Positions 1 to 5,228 of a stretch of 5,228 nucleotides of DNA are shown here, one piece after another. The position numbers were made by a program, and so were the translations under genes. The notes beneath the pieces were generated by a model that did not search any database, was not told the origin of the DNA, and saw only the letters and a list, made by a program, of their open reading frames with translations. Within the stretch, counting starts at the first letter, position 1. Every line of letters begins with the position of its first letter. Source of the stretch: Adineta steineri (taxonomy: Eukaryota); assembly GCA_905250035.1 (NCBI GenBank), contig CAJNOE010000001.1:538772-543999 (forward strand), written 5' to 3'.

Positions 1-157
1 TTACACATAAAAACATCGTTTGTTTGAACGCTTGTCTAGCTGGGTTGTATTTTCCCATAGACATTATTTATGTTATGCATATGAATCACAAAACAAACAA
101 CATCTATGACTCAGATGATGAACGATTTTTTCCAGTTTAGCTAAATCAATAGAAAGT

Positions 158-445
158 ATGAGCAATCACACCCGCGAGCAAAGTGGAAAGAAACTTCCAA
201 CTAGAACAGTATTTAAAAACTGGAAAAGATGCAGAAAAAGCATTCACAATTATTTTCAACATACTATTCACTCAAGACAATCAAGCTTAAATTTTGACAG
301 GTATGTGAATTATAACGTTTTAGTTTTTTTCATGGCTTATCTATTGAATAAAATAAATTATGAGTGGGGACTAAGAGATTACCCACCCTGGTACTTGCCT
401 AATTCCACTTATAATATTAATCAAATGGAAAAGAAAAATTATTAG
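158..445 (+). CDS. Small hypothetical ORF (95 aa), possibly spurious or a terminal exon of a gene starting to the left
   Basis: ATG to TAG open frame with an in-frame TGA at 119-121. The composition (RTVFKNWKRCRKSIHNYF...YEWGLRDYPPWYLPNSTYN) is not obviously low-complexity, but no family is recognised. A CAG|GTATGT donor-like site sits at 298-306 inside it. Confidence 0.2.
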   Translation: MSNHTREQSGKKLPTRTVFKNWKRCRKSIHNYFQHTIHSRQSSLNFDRYVNYNVLVFFMAYLLNKINYEWGLRDYPPWYLPNSTYNINQMEKKNY

Positions 446-461
446 CGTACTTCATACCTAT

Positions 462-621
462 AAAAGTTATTTTATCGATTTCTCATTGATATAATTGTAA
501 TAAGTAAACATTTTACTATAGGTTAGGAAAAGGAAAAAAGAAAAGTTTTCTTTTATCGATTACTCATTTATATAATTGTGTTAAATGAACACTTTACTGT
601 AGGCTAGAAAAGAAAAACAAG
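462..621. repeat. Diverged tandem duplication, period about 81 bp, two copies
   Basis: tttatcgatt at 471-480 and 552-561. The following 60 bp (481-540 vs 562-621) align without gaps at 46/60, including ctcatt.atataattgt and ttttact.tagg / ctttact.tagg. Confidence 0.8.
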
Positions 622-1207
622 AAAAGGTTTTTGAATCCATTTATGATTCATAGAAATGTGTATATAAATGATGTAAATTAATAATTACTAGTTTGTTTTA
701 TTATTTCTTTTCAAAATGAGAACAATCTTCTGAATGTTCACTTATATTGTAAGTCGAATTAGACATCTCGTGAACTATGCATTACTGCATTTCTTTGTTT
801 TTAATTTCTTGACTATTGATAAGACACATAAAGATTAATTTCTATATGAGGTACTCCATGACTTACACAATTTTCGAAATCGAAAAAATTAAAAAAGAGA
901 CGAGATAGTGTGAATATGGAATTAGTGAAAAGAATTTTTGGCGTTTGTTTGTTGGAGTAAAAATTTCGTCGAGAAATGTGTCGAGTAGAAACGAGTTAGC
1001 CGATATAGTTAAATCAATAGTATAGTTATACGAAACGATTCTTTCTGAATTTATTGTCGAAAATTCGTTAAAACAGTAAAAGTTTCAACAAATCTTAGCG
1101 ACAAATTCAACATTTAAAAAAACACTAAACAGTTCGATATTTAAACACTATTTTCACCGTTTCGTTGTATGCCTGGGTTGGCAGAAAAAGTACATCATGG
1201 GCATTTG

Positions 1208-1216
1208 ATGACTCAT
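1208..1216. promoter_or_regulatory. AP-1/GCN4-type palindrome ATGACTCAT
   Basis: Exact 9-bp bZIP-type element ending 28 bp before the TATA box. Confidence 0.35.
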
Positions 1217-1244
1217 GGGAAAAATAATACTTGATTCCAAGTGG

Positions 1245-1279
1245 TATATAAACATTGACGAAAAGAGATTTATTCATTC
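1245..1279 (+). promoter_or_regulatory. Candidate core promoter: TATATAAA (1245-1252) plus initiator-like TCATTC (1274-1279)
   Basis: The TATA box starts 31 bp upstream of the initiator A (1276), which is canonical metazoan spacing. The predicted 5' UTR is about 77 nt before ATG 1353. Confidence 0.5.
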
Positions 1280-1352
1280 ACTAAACTATTACCATAGTTT
1301 TATAATTTCTCTCTTTCTTACTTATGCATACCTATCATCTATTTCTTAAGAC

Positions 1353-4070
1353 ATGACATTTCAAAAGTGCCAATATGAAGGTAAAATTGTGGACATACCT
1401 GTTCGATATATAAACAAGAACAGATATTTGTTCTTACAAGACGTTCATGATTATTTTGTTGGTATTCGAAGATTTACATTGAAAGAAGAACCAATACCAT
1501 TCATGGAAAACAACGATACTAGTCTTATTTATCCACAACGAATTCCAGCTTCTACTCAAGATATTATTGATTGTCATACATCGACGTCTGCAGACGAAGC
1601 TGCCTCGCCAAACATTTTAGATACGATTTTAAAGAATACTGAAATTATTAAAGCACAAAATGATGCTATTCAACGTCAAATATTTGAGCAAGATGAATAC
1701 CCCATACCCCGTACTTTCATCGTACTCGCAGAAGAAACATCTTCTTACAATCCTTCAATGTGGTTTTGTCATACATATCGTTTGTGTTTTGTATGTGACT
1801 GCGAAAAAGAGAATGAACGTCATCTTGCTCTGCATGACGGATATAAAATAAACGAACCAAGTGAATTCTTTCGTAAATATGGATCCTATCTTCGTCACAT
1901 ATTAACAACAATGAAACGTGTGGCAAGCATCGGAAGCATTGTTGTTCCACAACTGTCATCAATCAATATGGGATTATCTAATTTTACCGCTCTACAAAAA
2001 AAGGAATTTTGTAATACTATTACTGATAAATTAGAGCGAGCTGATGAGATTTTGACAAAAGCTCAAGAAAGTCTGAATATTTCAACAGAAGCAACGATTC
2101 AAGAAATAGACGGTGCTGAATTACGACAAATTCAAAAGTATTTGGAAAAAGTGGATAATTATAATACGTTAGGAAATTTACATCGTTCTATGACCTCTGA
2201 TGGTCATGTTCGATGGGTGTGTGTTAAACATCGCAATATACCATGTTCAAATGTTAATATTCAGCAATTACGAGAAGATTTCGAAGAATTAGGTGGACAA
2301 ATAACAGAGGATGTTGCTTTGGTGCAGGAGCTACACGAAAATAATTTCGAGAATTTCATCGAACTGTTACATCAAGGATTAACATTCAGTACAATAAGTA
2401 TGAAAAACTCAACATTGACAAAAGATTTATTCTCAAAATTTCTCAATGTCATCTCAATGAAAAATAGGATTGATAAACTCGAACTTGAAAACATTTCCGT
2501 AACAAATAATTTAATAACAATAATAAATATGCCAATACGAGACATAATTTCACAGCTTAATGATACAGTAAAAAGCGATAAAAACCTTATCATTGAATAT
2601 ACATTCACAAAACCATTGGAAAAATTTCAATCAAAATTATTTAATGCTATCAAAGAAACAAATTCACGATTGATATTCAACATTCGATCAGTAGAAGTAA
2701 CATCTTCACTGGAATTAGCTGGAATAAATGAAGCTGGATTTATTCTATCTATAAAAAGTGATGGCGAAACTGATGCAGTTAATTATTTGTCAGCCATTAA
2801 CAGTATTTTTAAAGAATTGAAGATATCGACACTTCATCTACACAATACAATTCGTTCCGAAAATCTTTGGAATAGTATCCGTCAATTGGTTTTTGATAGT
2901 CAAAATCTAGAAGAATTGATTATGGACTGTCCTCCAACATCAAACAAAATTCAGGAATGGATCGTTCCTCTTTGTCAAAAAGAAAGCTTAAAAAGATTAC
3001 ATATAATGAATGGACCAAAACAAGCGAATGTTTGTGAAGAAATTTTTCAAAAGTTGGAAGATAAAAACACTTTGGAAAAATTTTCTCTCGCGTCTTCTAC
3101 TTATCATCTTCAACTTGATTTTATTTCTGCATTATCAGGAACCAGTGATTCAATGTTAACTAGAACTGCTAATTGCTGTACCAATAAAGATAGTGGTATT
3201 ATAATTATTAAGAAGTTTCTTCAAATCATACCAGTTCATCATCTGTCATTAGACTTCGCGGATATCAATTATGAAACATCACTCAAAGAATTATCAGAGA
3301 CTATTAATCAACTATCGTCATTAAAAATTGTTGAACTACAGAGCAAAACTAGCTGTGCAGTTTTTCATCGAGAAAAACGGATTCTCAACAAGGAAAGTAA
3401 CGTACTTGAATCTGAGGTGCCCCGTGCACTTGAATCTGAGTTGCCTCGTGTACAGGATAAGAAACCTTCTTTACGCAAAAAATTAAAAAAGTCTCTATCA
3501 TTTCTTAGTTGTGTTAGTGCTAAAGATTATCGCTCATCTCAGGAAGAAAATAGTGATCTTCCACAGCTGTCCAATGAAAGAGAACATGAAAGAGAAGATG
3601 AAATAGAAGACGAAAGAGAAGATGAAAGAGCAATGTCTGTTGAACCTTTCTCACACATTTCCTCAAATCCACTTTACAAACATATACAAGAAATTGCACT
3701 TAATTTTACACTAAAAAAATTTCAAATTACTGTTAGTCCTAATGTAAGCATAACTCACATTGCTTCAAGTATAGAATCAAATTCGACAGTAACTCATCTA
3801 CAATTTGTTGGACGAATAGAAGAAACCGATATGACAACATTACTTAAAGCTTTTCGTAAGAATACGATAATATCTCATTTATCTTTGAAAGAAGTTGAGC
3901 TTTCACTTCTTAATCTTCGTCAAATCTTCGATATGTCCTATGTTAATCGAACATTACAAGTATTAGAAATTCATCACTGTACATCTGATTCTGACCGAGA
4001 GTTGTTTCAACAAGAAATTAAACAATCACTCTCTGAGAATCGTACTCTAGAAATTTTGTTTGAATATTAA
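1353..4070 (+). CDS. Large (905 aa) intronless-looking protein with a conserved N-terminal region and divergent C-terminal leucine-rich repeats; uncharacterised fungal/bdelloid-type LRR protein family
   Basis: Open from ATG 1353 to TAA 4068-4070, with an in-frame TAA at 1347-1349 just upstream. Family-like blocks: KIVDIPVRYINKNRYLFLQDVHDYFVGIRR...PFMENND; EYPIPRTFIVLAEE...YRLCFVCDCEKENERHLALHDGYKINEPSEFFRKYGSYL; DGHVRWVCVKHRNIPCSNVNIQQLREDFEELGG. LRR-like segments: LKISTLHLHNTI, LEELIMDC, LKRLHIMNG, NTLEKFSLAS, STVTHLQFVGRI, TIISHLSLKEV, RTLQVLEIHHC, RTLEILFEY. Family assignment is from memory, not a search. Confidence 0.92.
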   Translation: MTFQKCQYEGKIVDIPVRYINKNRYLFLQDVHDYFVGIRRFTLKEEPIPFMENNDTSLIYPQRIPASTQDIIDCHTSTSADEAASPNILDTILKNTEIIKAQNDAIQRQIFEQDEYPIPRTFIVLAEETSSYNPSMWFCHTYRLCFVCDCEKENERHLALHDGYKINEPSEFFRKYGSYLRHILTTMKRVASIGSIVVPQLSSINMGLSNFTALQKKEFCNTITDKLERADEILTKAQESLNISTEATIQEIDGAELRQIQKYLEKVDNYNTLGNLHRSMTSDGHVRWVCVKHRNIPCSNVNIQQLREDFEELGGQITEDVALVQELHENNFENFIELLHQGLTFSTISMKNSTLTKDLFSKFLNVISMKNRIDKLELENISVTNNLITIINMPIRDIISQLNDTVKSDKNLIIEYTFTKPLEKFQSKLFNAIKETNSRLIFNIRSVEVTSSLELAGINEAGFILSIKSDGETDAVNYLSAINSIFKELKISTLHLHNTIRSENLWNSIRQLVFDSQNLEELIMDCPPTSNKIQEWIVPLCQKESLKRLHIMNGPKQANVCEEIFQKLEDKNTLEKFSLASSTYHLQLDFISALSGTSDSMLTRTANCCTNKDSGIIIIKKFLQIIPVHHLSLDFADINYETSLKELSETINQLSSLKIVELQSKTSCAVFHREKRILNKESNVLESEVPRALESELPRVQDKKPSLRKKLKKSLSFLSCVSAKDYRSSQEENSDLPQLSNEREHEREDEIEDEREDERAMSVEPFSHISSNPLYKHIQEIALNFTLKKFQITVSPNVSITHIASSIESNSTVTHLQFVGRIEETDMTTLLKAFRKNTIISHLSLKEVELSLLNLRQIFDMSYVNRTLQVLEIHHCTSDSDRELFQQEIKQSLSENRTLEILFEY
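1692..2307 (+). other. Conserved N-terminal blocks of the 905-aa protein (IPRTFIVL / YRLCFVCDC / HLALHDGY...EFFRKYGSYL and HVRWVCVKH...QQLREDFEELGG)
   Basis: These resemble the recalled family pattern 'YPIPRLFIVLP...FRLYFLCECG...IHLAKHEGY...EFFxKYGxYxL' followed by 'HVKWVCxDHY...QLKDVVxxNGG', in the same order. Boundaries are approximate. Confidence 0.6.
2400..3345 (+). other. Divergent leucine-rich-repeat-like region, first block
   Basis: Recurrent L/I-x-x-L-x-L/I motifs in the translation (IDKLELENIS, ISTLHLHNTI, LEELIMDC, LKRLHIMNG, LEKFSLAS, VHHLSLDFADI, LKIVELQS). Edges are approximate. Confidence 0.55.
3402..3449 (+). repeat. Two copies of a 24-bp in-frame tandem repeat encoding VLESEVPR / ALESELPR
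   Basis: gtacttgaatctgaggtgccccgt followed directly by gcacttgaatctgagttgcctcgt (21/24 identical); a partial third start 'gta' follows. Confidence 0.9.
3576..3629 (+). repeat. Imperfect purine-rich repeat encoding a charged Glu/Asp/Arg tract (EREHEREDEIEDEREDER)
   Basis: Reiterated gaaagagaa(c/g)atgaaagagaagatgaa units in the DNA and a matching low-complexity charged tract in the translation. Confidence 0.85.
3726..4067 (+). other. Leucine-rich-repeat-like region, C-terminal block (ribonuclease-inhibitor-like style)
   Basis: STVTHLQFVGRI, NTIISHLSLKEVEL, NRTLQVLEIHHC and NRTLEILFEY are regularly spaced with Asn-x-Thr-hydrophobic starts. Confidence 0.55.
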
Positions 4071-4290
4071 AAGTTTCAACCTCACTAAATACCAGATTTA
4101 ACTTATTTTTCTTATCTTGCTGTGTATTATTTTTATATTTCATTGGAAAAGATTTTTTATGTAATAATATGTTATTTTTATAAACATGAAGAACAAAACG
4201 ATTTATTGTTAAAACAGGTCTATATCATCAATGATCTACATACATATTGTTACATATCGTCCGCGTCATATATGTTTAATGTTATCATTT

Positions 4291-4325
4291 TCTGTTCTGT
4301 TCTGTTCTGTTCTCTTCTCTTCTCT
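4291..4325. repeat. Pentanucleotide microsatellite (TCTGT)4(TCTCT)3
   Basis: Read directly: tctgttctgttctgttctgttctcttctcttctct. Confidence 0.95.
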
Positions 4326-4602
4326 ATGTTCATATATATATGTTCTTTATCAGCTATTCTCCTTTTATGACCTACTTCTTTTAACCTATATTATTATTCT
4401 AGAAGATATAATTATTTTCTTCTCATTATAGTCATTGTTAACAACCAAGAAGAAGAAGCTTCTCGACTTCTTTCTGATTATTTTTCTTTTTTCATTCCCT
4501 GTATAAGTATTCACGATTTTTCGAAATAAAATCAGCTTATCCTCGACCATTCAATTTACCATACTATTTAACTCATATTAAGAACATGAAACATCATAAA
4601 AC

Positions 4603-4662
4603 GCGGGTCTGAATGTGGGTGTGATTATCTATACTCTCAATCGACACCCACACTCAGCCTGC
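4603..4662 (+). repeat. Long hairpin (about 18 paired positions, 21-nt loop)
   Basis: Perfect 9-bp arms TGTGGGTGT (4614-4622) / ACACCCACA (4644-4652). The stem continues outward through one mismatch, 4 bp (CTGA / TCAG with T4610-A4656 etc.), a one-base bulge and 5 bp (GCGGG / CCTGC with one G-U). Confidence 0.8.
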
Positions 4663-4740
4663 AGCCATCTTGGTCTACGCTGACAACGCTTATAAAAATG
4701 TCATTTTGGTTGCATAGCTTATCGAATACTTATATTGCTT

Positions 4741-4761
4741 CGCAGATCGGCGTGATTTGCG
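4741..4761 (+). repeat. Short hairpin CGCAGATC-ggcgt-GATTTGCG
   Basis: 8-bp stem with one G-U pair that is compatible only in a plus-strand transcript. Outer TTATA (4730-4734) / TATAA (4764-4768) may extend it. Confidence 0.6.
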
Positions 4762-4802
4762 TGTATAAACTTTTAATTTTTCTCCATTTGTCATTCCATC
4801 TT

Positions 4803-4840
4803 GAGGGTGTGGGGCCGATGAATCTAAAATCGACACCCTC
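4803..4840 (+). repeat. Hairpin with 8-bp perfect outer stem and 4-bp inner stem
   Basis: GAGGGTGT (4803-4810) / ACACCCTC (4833-4840), inner CGAT (4816-4819) / ATCG (4829-4832), loop gaatctaaa, 5-nt bulge ggggc. Confidence 0.8.
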
Positions 4841-5048
4841 GTCCTTCACAATGTTTCTTCTGTAGAAAATCAATGCATAGTATCATTTGGATCTTGATAT
4901 ATTTCATTTTAGATGATTGGTTTCTCTGCCAGAAAGAACTATGAGTATGCAGTAGAGTAACCTGAGTCCACATGCTGGCAAGTCATACTTGTTTGATGAA
5001 TATAATCACTAAGAAATGATTTAATCTTTTTCTTTTTTTGTAAATATT

Positions 5049-5070
5049 TTTATTTCATCAAAAATTTATT
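5049..5070 (-). terminator. Two candidate polyadenylation signals (AATAAA on the minus strand) for the right-edge gene
   Basis: Plus-strand TTTATT at 5065-5070 and 5049-5054, about 63-80 bp beyond the minus-strand stop codon. Confidence 0.4.
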
Positions 5071-5132
5071 TTGTTAAAAGAGATTGACAACATTTACACT
5101 GTTTTTGATTTGTCATATTTTATGCATGGTTA

Positions 5133-5228
5133 TTAGGCAATATTTGCTGTAATAGGTTTTTGACCAGTTGGTTGTTGCTGATTTGTCACTGTACGTGGAG
5201 CAACAGCAGTTGGTTTTATTTTCCAACA
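5133..5228 (-). CDS. 3' end of a minus-strand gene truncated by the right window edge
   Basis: The reverse complement reads CWKIKPTAVAPRTVTNQQQPTGQKPITANIA* (31 codons plus TAA at 5135-5133). The composition is protein-like within an AT-rich background, and minus-strand AATAAA signals follow at 5070-5065 and 5054-5049. It is absent from the ORF track because it has no start and is short. Confidence 0.55.
   Translation of the reverse strand, partial: CWKIKPTAVAPRTVTNQQQPTGQKPITANIA

Noticed and set aside
871-886. Inverted repeat TTTTCGA-aa-TCGAAAA
   Set aside because: Short and AT-rich, with no associated structure or feature. Likely chance.
933-941. AATTTTTGG, an exact Sm-site-like motif that could suggest a U-snRNA or spliced-leader RNA gene
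   Set aside because: The flanks show no convincing stem-loops, no spliced-leader sequence and no donor in the expected layout. A 9-mer like this is easy to get by chance in AT-rich DNA.
1660-1851. 63-aa plus-strand ORF overlapping the large CDS in another frame
   Set aside because: It is fully inside the strongly supported 905-aa ORF and has no family-like features, so it is probably incidental.
1717-1962. 81-aa minus-strand ORF
   Set aside because: It is antisense to the conserved head of the main CDS, with no recognisable motif or independent support.
2372-2608. 78-aa minus-strand ORF
   Set aside because: It is antisense to the main CDS. Its hydrophobic composition reflects complemented Lys/Glu/Asn codons.
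4122-4431. Overlapping 82-aa and 66-aa plus-strand ORFs
   Set aside because: Both run through the TCTGT/TCTCT microsatellite and AT-rich intergenic DNA. The hydrophobic Ser/Phe/Leu-rich translation (FSVLFCSVLFSS) is a repeat artefact.
4454-4463. AGAAGCTTCT palindrome next to GAA repeats
   Set aside because: A 10-bp palindrome in low-complexity purine sequence is not distinctive.
4803-4840. Possible hammerhead ribozyme or C/D-box snoRNA (GCCGATGAATC...CTGA elsewhere)
   Set aside because: The required CUGAUGA/GAAA core and the UGAUGA C box are not present. CGATGA is only a near miss.
5165-5215. 9-bp direct repeat CAGTTGGTT and short TGTTGCT/AGCAACA inverted repeat
   Set aside because: These lie within the likely minus-strand coding sequence and are explained by its Gln/Pro/Thr codon composition.
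1-5228. CRISPR array, retron, toxin-antitoxin or other prokaryotic defence system
   Set aside because: No regularly spaced repeats, reverse transcriptase or operon-like gene packing. Gene structure, promoter elements and protein family all point to a eukaryotic genome.

Overview
The window looks like an AT-rich eukaryotic locus. The protein style suggests a bdelloid-rotifer-type genome, but an AT-rich fungus such as a glomeromycete is not excluded. The main feature is one uninterrupted 905-codon plus-strand ORF (1353-4070). Its N-terminal half contains sequence blocks I recall from a large, poorly characterised family of Mortierella/Rhizophagus and bdelloid proteins. Its C-terminal half is a divergent leucine-rich-repeat (LRR) region, interrupted by a low-complexity, charged insert. 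A TATA box with a well-spaced initiator and an AP-1-like palindrome lie upstream. At the right edge, the ORF track misses the apparent 3' end of a convergent minus-strand gene (stop at 5133-5135, 31 sense codons to the window edge), with minus-strand AATAAA signals behind it. The most unusual unexplained signal is at about 4603-4840, between the two converging genes. It is a relatively GC-rich, hairpin-dense stretch bounded by two hairpins about 190 bp apart, both built as GGGTGTG...AATCGACACCC. Smaller features are an 81-bp-period diverged tandem duplication (462-621), a pentanucleotide microsatellite (4291-4325) and a 24-bp in-frame coding repeat (3402-3449). I found no CRISPR array, recognisable tRNA/rRNA, transposase or reverse transcriptase.
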